The notes: generated from the sequence alone by a model not told the origin. DNA of 64,000 nucleotides from the human T2T-CHM13v2.0 reference genome, Homo sapiens (GCF_009914755.1 NC_060934.1), one strand, 5' to 3'. Shown: positions 13,457 to 27,209, numbered from the stretch's first letter. Numbers and translations: made by a program.

Positions 13457-13681
13457 CTACCCACTTGTTCCCAATTAACAGGGGAGACCTACCCACAGGC
13501 ACTGTCACACAAGCATGACAAGTGTGCTGGGGGTGGTGGTTGCCAGAGGAAGGGCAGTTGCCTCTGCCTGGTGCAATCACAGAGGGTTCCAGAGAGGAGG
13601 TGCCCTTCTAGCACCTGAGCTGAGACCCCAGAGGAAAACTATCATGGTGCCCTGCGCAAACCCCAAGCCTCAGATTGGGTG

Positions 13682-14545
13682 GGGTGGTAGGCAGAAGAAT
13701 GCTCCCGGCAAAACTATCCCCAGCCTAATCCCTAGAACCCATGAAAAGGTGTCCTTACATGATCACAGGACTTGCAGATGTGAAGAAAGTTAAGGCTTTG
13801 AAATGAGGAGATTATGTGGCATTATCCAGATGGGCCCAACCTAACCCATGAGTCCTTAGAAGTGGAGGAGGTGGCAGAGTGGGTTAGAAATGCAATACAA
13901 GAAGGGTGACAGAGCCCCAAAGCTGGCTTTGAAGATGGAGGAAGGGGCCATGAGCCAAGGAATGCAGGCAGCCTCTAGAAGTTGGAAAAGGCAAGGAAGT
14001 GGGTTCTCCCCTTGATATGGACTGGCTATGTCCCCATCCAAATCTCATCTTGAATTGTAGCTCCCATAATCCCCGCATGTCGTGGGAAGGACCCAGTGGG
14101 AGGTAATTGAATCATGGGGGTGGGCCTTTCCCATGCTGTTCTCATGGTAGTGAATAAGTCTCACAAGATCTGATGGTTTTATAAATGGGAGTTCCCCTGT
14201 ACAAGTTCTCTTGCCTGTTGCCATGTAAGACATCCCTTTGCTCTTCCTTTGCCTTCCACCATAATTGTGAGGCCTCCCCAGCCATATGGAACTGCGAGTC
14301 CGTTAAACCTCTTTTTCTTTATAAATTACCCAGTCTCGGGTATGTCTTTATAAGCAGCATGAGAATAGACTAATATACCCCTAGAGCCTTCAGAAGGAGT
14401 CAGACCTGCCAGCACCTTGGTTTTAGGCCAGTGAGACTTGTGTCAAACTTCTGACCCTCCAGAACTGTAAGATAATACAGTGTGGGGTTCTAAGCCACTA
14501 AGTTTGTGGTAATATGTATAGCAGCAACAGAAAGCTAGCTCAGGT
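13682..14545 (+). mobile_element. MLT1D LTR split by THE1
   Basis: GGTAGGCAGAA...GGCTTTGAAGATGGAGGAAGGGGCCATGAGCCAAGGAATGCAGG...TAAGCCACTAAGTTTGTGGTAA. Confidence 0.85.
14013..14377 (+). mobile_element. THE1 (THE1C-like) solo LTR, 5-bp TSD CCCCT
   Basis: TGATATGG...CCAAATCTCATCTTGAATTGTAGCTCCC...GACTAATATA; CCCCT on both sides. Confidence 0.92.
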
Positions 14546-17219
14546 GAGGTATACACTCTGGTCCCCCAGAAGGGGACAGGCTCAGGCAGGGGTCTGAGGA
14601 AGTGACACAGCACAAGGCTCCCCCAGGGAGCGGGGAGCCCAGCCTGCCATGCTGCAGAATTTCTGGGGAATAACAAGGTCATAAGGGTTGAGGCACAGGG
14701 AAGCCGTGGAAACAGCTGGGGAGCCTCAGGTACTCTGAGCTGCAGTTACTGGTCTGGGACTGGGATGTCAGCAAAGGGATCCCAGGGTGACAGTGATGCT
14801 GGGCTATCTGAGCCAGGAGGGACTCATGTCACTACCAAATCCTGGCATTGCTGATGAAAAACTTGAAGGAGAAAGGAGACACCTCCAGGGTCCCAGCAGA
14901 GGCCAGAGCCAGGAAGAGAACCAAAGTCTTCTAGAGTCCAGATTGGAAATTAGGGATCTGCACGGGAATGCTGCAGCCCTCACGGGAGGCTCCCCACTTT
15001 ACAGCCTGACTCTCTGGACACAGTTCTCTGCCTAAGCACAGATCTCAGACCACAAAAGAACTGTGTCCTGCACTCGTACCTTCTAAAGACATGGCTCAGA
15101 GACTCCTGCCAGGCACCCCACAATGGGCCACCCCCATCCCAACGAAGCCTCCTGCAGCTGTCCAGAGCTGTCGTCCCAGGGCAAAGGTCACCAGCTAAGC
15201 TGTTACTCATTCCCAGGTCGGGCCGGAGAGGCTTATTCCGTACAAGGATTCATTTCCACCCTTCAGCCAGGAGGGAGTCAGCAGGCCAGGTGGGGACATG
15301 AGGATCAGGCCATCTGGACAGGCAGAGCTCCGAGGTGAGCTGTGTGCTGCAAAGGGAGGGAATGCACACATCTCAGAGCCCGGCCATCCAGCCTCCTAAA
15401 GGCATCTTTCAGGTCTCCGAAAATTTACTGAACATTCCAGATGCATCCGCTGGCAGCATCCTTCCCACTCCGTAGACTGACGGGGCCAATTCACCCTCGG
15501 TTCTTGGCATTTTGTGTTCAGTTGGAAAAGACATTAAAACAAGGGTCAGATGTGGGCCATTATGTTACTCAATGGGGGAAGGTGGGTTTTGCACAAATGT
15601 CAAAGGACTTATAAATGCAGCATTGGATGGGGCCAAAACAAAAAGAGCCAAGGTGCCAGGGGAGGGAGGCTGGGAATGAGTCACGTTAGTGATTTCATAG
15701 GAAGACATTGGGGCAAGCGAAGCGTCACTCGAGGCAGCTTCTCCTTTCTCCTCCAAGCACCAGGATATTTTATTGCAATTGCGTGAAGGTCCATTAGCAA
15801 CGGTCCTGGAAAATGGCTCTTTCAAGGTCAGGGAAACATGAGCAACGGCACGGACAGAGCAATTATTCCAAATGCAGGGCTGTTTGGTTGCCTTAGAATT
15901 AGAGAAAGGAAGGCAGCCAGTTGAAAATAAAGCCACACACTGAGTTCTGGGCCTGGCACATTTTCTGATTAAACAGGAGGTCATATGGTTGTAATATCAG
16001 GCTGCTGCCCTCTGTACCAGACATTGCCATGGGAAAATGCAGGCCAGACCCCCAGGATCCCCACTGCCTAGATATTCTCTGCGGAGTCCCCCATGTCCCT
16101 ACCCAGCTCTGTGCCCCAGGGCTGACATGTCTCCAGGCCTCGGTTCCTGGTTGGGCTCGTCCAGTGGAAGGTGCCAGCCAGAGGCCGGAGTGTAGGAGGA
16201 GAGGGTGTCTGGGGAATCTGCTCCCTCCCGGATGGGCTGCAGATTGGCAGGGGCTGCTTCCTCGCCTTCCGGCCAGCAGCTCAAAATAGGAGATACTCTG
16301 CTGCAGCTCCAGGCTCCGATACCAGTTCCGATACCAGCTCTGATGTCCCTGCACCTTCTGGCCAGGGTGATAGGAGCTTCACTCCCTGTGCTAGCGATGA
16401 GGTCCTGCCCCATCCTAGGTGGGTTGTCTTGTGTCCCCACCTCCCCTTTGCAAACAGTTCCCAGTCTCTCCTCAGAGACCCTACTTGGGTGTCCCATTTC
16501 CTGCCAGAGCCTAATCTTTCCTTCTTCGAGAAATTCTCCCTGGACTACTCCAGCCTCCTTCTTGAGCTGCCATCAACACTTAAGAGTCTCTGTCCCTCAA
16601 TTTAGAACAGAAACATTCGGCCTCGAGTGGTTTGCAGTTGTTCCAAGGATGCCTATCTAGTTTGTCAAGCCAGTTTCTGCCCTTCGGGGTAGGGACCAGG
16701 ATATACATCCCCTTCCCATCTGCACAGTGCCTCCCAAGCAGGTTGAGCTGGTCACACCTTCCACAGAAGTCCCCCTTTTCCCGGCCAAGTTCGTGGAACC
16801 TGAGGGCAGTCGCTAAATGCTAGGTGGAGCCGAGGGTGGGCCTGGGAAAGAGGAACCCGGCCTGAGTGCCCAGAGGTAAGGCTGAGGGACAGCATCCCCC
16901 TCAAGCCCCCTCCCCACCACCCACCCCCATCTCTCCCCCTTCTGCCAACAGCCTGACCTGAAGCCAGAGGCATGGGTTATCCTCAGGCCTCCTCTGGCTT
17001 CCTGGAAAGCAAACACCCTCAGTCAGCAAACACCTACTGAAAGGCTACCCAGGCCACCCTGAAGTCCGGTGCTGGGGTGGCCCTGCTGACCAGGGGCTTC
17101 TGACCTAGACCTGACAAGCTTCTCCTGACCCAGCCACCACCAAGATGTGAGAGGCTAAGCATCAGCCTGACCTGGCTCAAATCCTATCACCCCCTGCACT
17201 TGTGGATTCTCAGACAAGG

Positions 17220-17660
17220 GTCTCAGTTTGAGTTCCCCAAAAGTCAAGCCTGGCACAAGGATGTGGGTGCAGGTGGCTTCTCTGGGACATGATCCCAGGA
17301 AGCACAGCTGGGAAAGTGGGGCAACCATTAGCAGGGAGCCTTGAGCGTCCTCCACCGTGGCTGGCTCACCCCACAGGGAACCCTTTGGAGAAAGGCTGGA
17401 GCGCCCCCGAGCTGTCCCACTGAGGTGGGACTGTGGCTTTTATCTACCACCTCCTGCCCTCAGTGGTTGGGGATTTAGGGGATGCACCAGGGTGTCAACT
17501 CCCTGGCACTTGGTACATCAGACCAGGCCATTGCTGAGGCCAGCACACTCCTTCAGCCAGAGGACACCCTCAGAAGAGAGACAGGAAGCTGCCAGTGTGG
17601 GCAGGGACTGTTTGTGGGTGACCTCAGGGGTGGCCCAGGGAGCTCACAGACAGCTGGCCA
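17220..17660 (-). mobile_element. ERVL LTR (LTR33-like)
   Basis: CAAGGATGTGGGTGCAGGTGG...TGATCCCAGGAAGCAC. Confidence 0.65.
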
Positions 17661-18297
17661 CCTCCCCTCTCTGAGCCGCACTGTATGCTGGGGTGAGGAG
17701 GCTGTTGTGAGCACCGAGCTGCACGCGTTGCCAGGTGCACCCTCAGTGCTGTGCCCATGCTCAGCCGTACTCTGGGCACAGCTGCTGTTATTCTGGGTCA
17801 CAGCCATACCCTGTGCACAATGTGGCTCGGAGCTTGGAGGTCCCAGAGAGGGAATTGGACTCGGAGCTGGAGGGGACTTCCAGGGGAGGCGGCATTTAAG
17901 GAATGGGTGGTGGGTTTTAATCAGCCAAGAAAGGATCTGATTTGATAACCAAACATGTTTTGCAGAGTCCCCGACGCTATTGCTCTGGAAGGGACCTCAG
18001 AGGCAACCTCGGAGGGGGGCACTTCAGCGGGAACAGGAGGGGCCAGGCCCACAGCGGTGAGGCGGCTCCCCAGTGAGTCCCCTGCCTCCGAGTGGGGTCT
18101 CCAGATTTGGACTCAGCCCTCCTCCTGCCCTCAGCCTCGCAGCTCCACCTCCTCCAGATGGCTGCAGTGAGCCTGGGGCACTGGCAGAATGGGTGCCAGT
18201 TCTTAAAGGACCAGCTGCCCGGTTCTGCCATCCAATTCTCTCAACTCGTGAGAGTCTCACAAAAATGTCCACTTGCACCTGCAATGAAGCCAAACGC

Positions 18298-18361
18298 GAA
18301 AACCCAGGAGGGAGAAAACCCAGGAGGGAGAAAACCCAGGAGGGAGAAAACCCAGGAGGGA
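18298..18361 (+). repeat. Perfect tandem repeat (GAAAACCCAGGAGGGA)x4
   Basis: Four identical 16-bp units read directly. Confidence 0.97.
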
Positions 18362-18435
18362 GGTGTCCACTTGGGCCCAGACGCTTGCTCCCTGGAATCT
18401 ACCATGTGATTGTCATTCTTTTGATCTACACCCCT

Positions 18436-18838
18436 TTCATTCTGTAAACATCTATTGAGTACATTTAGGAGCCAGACATTGAGGACCAAATCCAGAGGAG
18501 AGACAAACCCAAATCACTGACAATAATCTCACGGAAGTATATGGCCAAGAAGGGTTGAAGTGCTATGGGAGTGCAGATAAGGGAGCAGCTAAGTGCCTGG
18601 GGGACAGAGGAGCTGACAGTTGAGCTGGGCTTCAAAGGATGCATAGGAGTTTACCAGGCAAAAGAGAAAAAAAAAAAAGCTTGGGGAAGTCCATTCCAGG
18701 TGGAAGAAAGGGCATCAACAAAGAAGAGAGACGTGGGATATTCAAAGAAGGTGGAAACATTTGTCGTGGCAAAAGCCCAGGTGCAGGGGAGAGCCTGGGC
18801 CAAGGCTGGAGAAGTCGGCGGAGAGGCCTTGTAGCCAC
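18436..18838 (-). mobile_element. L2 3' fragment
   Basis: AAACATCTATTGAGTAC...GTGCTATGGGAG...TGAGCTGGGCTTCAAAGGATG...CATTCCAGG. Confidence 0.7.
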
Positions 18839-19161
18839 CACCTGCCTTGATTGGCCAGTGCCTGTGCTTGTACCTGATTTTAAATAATTGGACTATCATG
18901 TGTGTTTGTACAGCAGCTGGGGCAGCAAGTTATCAACAGAAGATTGATAGGGTAAGACCCATTTTTACAGAAAAATCCCTCTTTGCACATGGGCAGAATG
19001 GGCCTGAGGCGGTGGAAAGAAGGGGCGAGGGGTGAGGGGCAGCCCACAGCTCCTGGGCTGTTTGCTTTTCCTCTCCCCTGCTCACAGGAGCCCTCCGGGA
19101 GGTCTAAGAAATCCACACACAACTATAGAAGAACCAAATCCCCACATTGCTCTGGGAATTA

Positions 19162-19491
<330 letters not shown>

Positions 19492-19554
19492 TCAAGGTCT
19501 CCTGTTTCACAGATGAGCTACCGGAGATTTTCATCTAGAACTAATAACACATCC

Positions 19555-19745
19555 ACTCATTCAGCCAACATTCGAGTGGCCGCTCTCTGCTCCTAACTGC
19601 CATAGGCCTAAGGACACAGCAGAGAATAAAGCAGCCCAGTCCTCAGCCCTTAGGGAGTTCACATTATGGCAGAGGAAACAGAAAATAAACAGAGTAAGAC
19701 TTCAGACTGTGAGAGGCTCTAGGAGGGAAATAAACCGGGCGGTGT
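19555..19745 (-). mobile_element. L2 3' end
   Basis: CACTCATTCAGCCAACATT...GGACACAGCAGAGAATAAAGCAG...GGAGTTCACATT. Confidence 0.7.
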
Positions 19746-19764
19746 GGTGCAGGGATTGGCTAAC

Positions 19765-20145
19765 TGCAGCCCTGGGGCCATGTCCAGCCTGCAGCCTCTT
19801 TATATGGCCAGCAAGCCAAGAATGGTTTTAAAGGGTTGTATAAAACAAAAAGAAAAGGCCGCGCTCGGTGGCTCACACCTGTAATCCCAGCACTTTGGGA
19901 GGCCGAGGCAGGATTGCTTGAGCCCAGGAGTTTGAAACCAGCCTGGGCAACATAGCAAGACCCTGTCTCTGATGAAAGGAGAGAGGGTGAGGGGGGAAAT
20001 GTTGTGGAAAGAGAGGAAAAGGAAGACGGGAGAAAGAGAAAGGAAAGAAAGGAAAATGCAACACAGACCTTAAAGGCCCACAAAACCTAAAAATGTTTGC
20101 CATGTACTACTTTATAGATCGTACTTTACAGGAAAAGTGTGCCCA
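19765..20145. mobile_element. MER58B-like Charlie MITE split by an Alu monomer
   Basis: GCAAGCCAAGAATGGTTTT...GGCCCACAAAACCTAAAA...CTTTACAGGAAAAG. Confidence 0.7.
19857..20056 (+). mobile_element. FLAM/AluJ left monomer with purine-rich tail
   Basis: Left-arm Alu sequence followed by GA-rich tract. Confidence 0.85.
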
Positions 20146-20872
20146 GTTAGTAAGACGAGGGCCCTCTTAACTAGCAAAGTCTGGATTCTTTCTTGTGACA
20201 TGGCCTCCTTCCCCTTCCTCAGAGTTGCCTCTACCTTAGGGAAGATGAGACACTGAAACGGTTCATGAAAAGTTCACTGTGCTTGGCCACCTGCCAAGAA
20301 TCCGGATTTCTGGGCATCTCACTCCCCACCTGCTGTCTGGGGTCTTACTCAAGAAACCTGGTCTTCAACCTGGCCACAGCTGTGCCTACCCCCTCCTTGA
20401 CTGGCAGACCAGGGAACCACATAGGCAACAGCTTCCCCAAGGACCCCCGGCCCCTCCGGTTACCCCTCCTCCTGCCTGAACCACTTGGTCAAAAATAGAA
20501 CCACATGGATCCCTATTTCAAGACACCTCCCTGGAAATCCACTGCCCGGAGACTCTGTCTTCTTTTATTTCAGTGAAATACATTTCTGAGTCCATGGTTC
20601 AGAGTTCAACTTTATAAATCCTGGCACTGGTCAATAGAGGAAGAAATGTTTACGTCCAAACAAAACCAAATACATAACTCTAGCTCTCCTGGGGGACAAA
20701 AAAAAAAAGTCTGTAAAACACATAGCAGCAGCCATTGTGACTTGAAACCAACACAGAGGAAGAAGTGTGACAGAAATCCCCAAGCTCACCACTCAGCGGC
20801 GTCTCTGATACATTCCATTACACGTCTGAGCTAAAGAAGAACCAAGTTGGTTCTTAAAAAGTGTGTCCCATC

Positions 20873-21007
20873 CGAATACCTAATGCATATGCAGCTTAAA
20901 ACCTAGATGATGAGTTGATGGGCGCAGCAAACCACCATGGCATACATATACCATGTAACAAACTTGCACGTTCAGCACACGTATCCCAGAACTTAAAATT
21001 TTAAAAA
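20873..21007 (+). mobile_element. Extremely 5'-truncated L1PA (L1PA7/8-like) with 17-bp TSD
   Basis: CTTAAAACCTAGATGA...GCAGCAAACCACCATGGCA...CCAGAACTTAAA; AAAAAGTGTGTCCCATC at 20856-20872 and 21008-21024. Confidence 0.92.
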
Positions 21008-22104
21008 AAAAAGTGTGTCCCATCAATGTTCAATACAGTCTTCAGACATCAGCCACGACCTGGAAGGTTCACAGTGAAACCTGTGCCTCACAGAAAATAA
21101 ATTACATCTGAATAGTTAACTTTGCAATTGTTAAAGAGCCTTTTCCCAAAATTAAAATGACTCACATGTCCACACAAAGTGATAGGACAAATTCTTTATA
21201 TGGTAATGGTGAACACATGTGATGAAAGATAACGGCCGATACACATCCACCTGCGATTCCTCCCTGAGTCCCGTTAAAACAATAAAAGGGATGCTTTAAA
21301 GGAATAAACACATGAGAATAAAAAGGATGAGGAACAGCAGGAACAACTTTTTGGAATCTGGTAACTGATGAATCAAGAAAGCTGAGTGGGGAAGCTGAGA
21401 CTCAGCTTGGTTTACACCAAGAAATCCCACCATGATGGAGAGATGGGCAGTGCCGGCTGCCCCTGGTGGCAGGGGTGAAAGTGAGGTTGAAAGCAGGAAG
21501 AGAAGCTGAAAGTCTGTGCAAGCAGACAGACCCTAATTACTTCTCCCACTCCTCATGGTTGGCCAAACGCACCTCCTGCCCCAGCGGGAGACTGGACCCT
21601 GATTCTCTAGAGAAAGTAACACAGCTGTCTCTGCAATGGGGGACACCAGGGACCTGTGGGGAGGGAGGAACTGCACTGAAAACGGGAAATTAAATTAAAG
21701 CTTACATATTGGATATCAAGACCCACAGTCTCCTTCCCCCACTCAGATCTCAGAATGCTGGCCAAGGAAGGAGGAGACTGGAAAATTCTTCACGGGAGAA
21801 TATGACCAACTCAAGAGAAAAGGGCTACGGGTGCTGACATTTGTTTTTTATCTTCTAAGGATGAATGATAGAGGTGAAGACAAAAAAAAAAAGTGTTCTC
21901 TGCTTTCTTTTAACTTGGAATTAACTCCTGTCAGAGAAAACACAATATCTTACACCCACTCTGTATTATTTCCCACATTTTCTATTTTAGAGGGTGGGAA
22001 TCAGTATACCATACTTGACAGGTACGACTACAAGTTTCCAGAGTCTACTTACGTTTCTACTGTTATGGTTGTTTCTCAAAACAGCTGAACTCAATCACCC
22101 TGGA

Positions 22105-22302
22105 GCAACGTTCTCAACTGACTGCAATTAGAACCACTCTGGGAGCTTTAAAAAATACCAATCCCAGAGCCCCACCCTCCAGAGATTCTGATTTAATTAA
22201 TCTGGGGAGGGCCCAGACATCCGGGTTTGAAAAGCTCCCTCTCCTAAAAAATAAAAGCTCCCCAGGTGATTCCAACATGCAGCAAAAATTGAACATCACT
22301 GT
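22105..22302. mobile_element. MER5-family MITE
   Basis: CCCCACCCTCCAGAGATTCTGATTTAATT...CTCCCCAGGTGATTC. Confidence 0.8.
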
Positions 22303-23349
22303 CATCCAGTGAGGCCTGCACTTGATAAGACCACTCCTGCAATCAGAGTGCCCAGTCAGCATCTTAGTACATAATTTTAAATATAACTGGATAGGCAAGG
22401 GTTGCCAGGATAGCGAAGTAAAACTTTGTACACGAAAGACAGACCAAAAAAAAAAAAAATCAAGTATATAAAAACAACTTGAAGAAAACAAACTGCAGGG
22501 AGGGAAAATCTTTGGAGGAGGAGGAACCACTAATTTTTCAGTTTTAGATTTTCAAAGAGAATAGCAAAAATATTAACTCCAGGAAATCTGAACAAGACAC
22601 TGTTTTTTAAAAAAAGAAACATTTAGTGAACCAAAAATAACCTTAAGATAGCAGAAATAAACTCAATAGAAGACTTAGAAGTTAAAGATAAGCAGAGCAA
22701 ACGGTAAAGAAAAATACAGAAAATGAGGGGACAACTTCAAGAAGTCCAGCATGAAAATAATAGGCACCCCAGAATGACAGAACAGAAAAAACAGAGGAAG
22801 AAAACATCAAAGAAATAATTCAAGACGAAGGCCTTGAGCTTCCGATTGAAAAGGCTTACCAGGTACCAGCATAATGGATGAAAGCACACCTACATGAAGG
22901 CATGTGATGATTACATTTCAGACTGAGACAAAATTCTACAAGCTTCCCACTAGGAAAGAGGGGAAATATCTACATGCAAAGGACCAAGATTATAATGGCA
23001 TTGAGTCTCTCCCCATTAGAAGCCAAAAGACAATAGAACAATTCAAATTTCTGAAGAAAAAGCATTTCCCATGTAGAACCTTGTATCTAGCTAAATTGCA
23101 TTATCAATTACTTGTGAGAATAGTATGGACATTTTCTGACTTGAAAAATCCAAAATGTTATCTCTTATCCCCATCTCAAAATGTTATTGGAGGAGATGTT
23201 ACACCAAAATGAAGAAGAGGAAGACATGGAACCCAGGAAAAGGGTCCAGCCCAGGAGAGAAGCAAAGAAAATATCCAGAGAGATGCAGGGAGATCCCAGA
23301 CGACTTCTGTGCAGCAGACCTGCAGAACAACTAATCCAGATGAAACTGA

Positions 23350-23712
23350 AGTTTCCCAGCCTCCCTTGCAGCTAGGTGTGAACATGTGACCTTAGCTCCA
23401 GCAATCAGTTGTATCCATGTGAGATTTCATTTGTGGATAAAACAATGTAAAGAAGCAAGCATCAATGGGAAGCCATTTTCAAGGAAAGTTAGAGGGGGAG
23501 GCAGCTAACCTTCAGGGACAGCATGGGTGGCAGTATTCATCTCCCTGACAGCCAGTAGTTCAGTCTGAGGACTGTCCTTCATTGTGCAGTCTCCAAGGCT
23601 GCCTCTCTTTCCTCCTGGGATTCTGGAGCTAGTGAACATTCTGTAATTAATTCTCCTTCTAGCTAGAGTGCATTTTTTTTCTTTTTTTTTGCGACTAAGC
23701 ACCTGATGGATA
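23350..23712 (+). mobile_element. ERVL LTR (LTR16-like) fragment
   Basis: TTTCCCAGCCTCCCTTGCAGCTAGG...CTAGCTAGAGTG...GACTAAG. Confidence 0.55.
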
Positions 23713-23956
23713 GAGTCTGACCAAACACTTAGGGCTGAATTCATAAGTACCCAGAAGATGAAGCAAACAAAAAGGCAATTATCAACCCCAAGGGGGAAAA
23801 AAAGGTATAAAAAAGAAATGTAACCATAGTACATATACTACATGCGTCAGTTGGGAACAGTATTCATTTAACCTTATTAATGTAAACATTGAAATTTGAT
23901 TTAAAGTTATAAATAAAAGGAGAGGGCACAGGGAAAGTATGTATGTCACGGTGGGA

Positions 23957-24880
<924 letters not shown>

Positions 24881-25737
24881 TGGGGTGGAGAGGTACAAGA
24901 ATGTGAAATCCCCATCTTTCAGAATAGGAAGTCATCAGACAATGCCTACAACAGAAAATTCCAGGAAGAGCAGCATCAACATTGGTATATGTAAGTAGAA
25001 ACCAGAAGACATTTCCAGAAAAGTGCTGAACACTGAGCAGCAGGACTGGGGGGTGGGGGACATTGCCTTGCAGATTTTACATTATAACCCTTGTGGGACA
25101 CTACGTAATTTTTAACTTGTACATGTATTCCCTCCCCAGGCTCTGCGGATGGCCACGGGATCTGTGTGGCTCCTGAGTCTTTCCAGTTCTCACCCCCAGC
25201 TGTTATACATCCTAGCTCCTCCACTGGGCTTCCCTTTAGCTGTCACTGACCCTTCCTCCCGCTAGTAACCCCACTCAGCACTCTCACAGCACCTCACCCA
25301 TCCCCCATTACCACTCCCCATTATATTGAATTCATACTAGTCCACCTGCTGGAGGAAGCTTATGTGTCAAATGGAAACAAGCAGTGGCAAGCCAACCAGA
25401 GCCAGCAAAGGCAAGCACCAATGAGACGCAGTGGGTCATCCAATGGACATCCTAGGAGAGAACCTCCCCCTCTTTCCAGGCCTCAAAGCTGAGGAGATAT
25501 GAGGGATAGAGCTGCTGCAGCTATTCTGTGACTCTGAGGTTAGGGCTTGAGGTAGGAGCCAATGTAGAAGAGAGTAGGAAAAAGGAAAGAGAGCCATGCC
25601 ATGTCCTAGTGGTATCACTGTTGCTAACTACTGTTCCCCTTCACTGTGGCCTCTGTGAGATTTCCGGTCCTAATGACAACAGTTTCCCCAAAGCAGTGGT
25701 TTTCAGCACTGGGCTACCCATAATAATTACGAGGGAT

Positions 25738-26150
25738 ACATCAATGATAGACTGGATAAAGAAAATGTGGTACATATACACCATGGAATACTATACAGCC
25801 ATAAAAAGGAATGAGATCACATCCTTTGCAGGGACATGGATGAAGCTGGAAGCCATCATCCTCAACAAACTAACACAGGAACAGAAAACCAAACACTGCA
25901 TGTTCTCACTCATACGTAGGAGCTGAACAATGAGAACACATGGATACAGGGAGGGGAACAACACACACCTGGGCCTGTTGGGGGGTGAGGTGAGGGGAGG
26001 GAAAGCATTAGGACAAATGGCTGATGCATGCGGGGCTTAATACCTAGGTGACGGGATGATAAGTGCAGCAAACCACCATGGCACATGTTTACCTATGTAA
26101 CAAACCTGCACATGTGTCCTGGAACTTAAAGTAAAATAACATTTTTAAAA
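25738..26150 (+). mobile_element. 5'-truncated L1PA (ORF2 C-terminus + 3' UTR) inserted in a MER5 element (~25693-26305)
   Basis: ORF 25528-25926 ends ...DWIKKMWYIYTMEYY.AIK.NEI.SFAGTWMKLE.IIL..L.QEQKTK..MFSLI, the L1 ORF2p C-terminus. Confidence 0.93.
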
Positions 26151-26939
26151 AGTCTTCATATTTACAACCAGAAAACAAAAATTACCCAGGATACCTAAAA
26201 AACAAAAACAGAACAAAACAAAACAAACAAACAAAAAACACCAACCAGACCTGGTCCCATCCCCCAGAGATTCTGATTCACTTGATCTGGGATGGAGCAG
26301 CCTGGAAGGATGGGGAAAAGAGAAGGGAAAGAACAAGAAGAGAAAAACAGCATTTCAGCCAGAGCTTCTCATTTATTTGTATTTAAAAATAAAAATAAAA
26401 CCATTTTGGACTGAGCCCCTGGGTCAGTCCCCACTGACCACGGTCTGCATACAGTGCCAGACTGGAAGGCGTGAAGAAAGGAGAGGTTCCCTTTGGCCTT
26501 GCAATGGTGCTTCATGAACCCCCAGCACCATCCGTGTCCTAAAAGAAGAAGCAAACACCAAAGGGCCAGCCAATGGAAAAGTCTGGCCAGGTGAGTGTGT
26601 GGGAAGTTTGTAACCTGCAGAGGAGTCCAAGGACCGCCCCCCAAAAAGGGGTCTGCAAAGTCCCTAAACCCAGGTGAGGTGATGCTGGTGGCTCTCCATG
26701 CTCAGAGGCCTTGTTCTCCTGTCTGGAAGAGCTCAATTCCCAGCCCAAGGTGGAGGCTGTGCTCAGCTCAGCCCTGACCCAGGCTCACCCAGGCTTGAGG
26801 GTGACTGTGGCTCTCACAGCAGGTACTCCTCATGCAGGAAACACTGCTGGAATGGAATTGCTGAGCCAAGCAGGGAGGAAGTCAGAGAGGTCATAAGAGC
26901 AAACCAATGCAGATAGCAATGGATTACTATTCATTTTAT

Positions 26940-27143
<204 letters not shown>

Positions 27144-27209
27144 GAATTTTATTATTTTGACAGCTGACAACATTTATGCACAGAAACAACCTTCCAGGTA
27201 GGAACTGTA

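Larger units (their letters stand above)
21220..23950 (+). mobile_element. HAL1 (half-L1)-like remnant with decayed ORF1-like region, interrupted
   Basis: GATTGAAAAGGCTTACCAGGTACC, TTAGAAGCCAAAAGACAATAGA, GGAGATGTTACACCAAAATGA...GAGGAAGACATGG resemble HAL1. Confidence 0.65.

Noticed and set aside
16314-16349. 12-bp x3 repeat; also short duplications at ~11197-11232 and a 20-bp quasi-palindrome at 40574-40593
   Set aside because: Ordinary slippage products or chance-level matches with no supporting context
25528-25926. ORF with protein-like C-terminus
   Set aside because: It is the L1 ORF2p tail of a truncated L1PA, not a host gene
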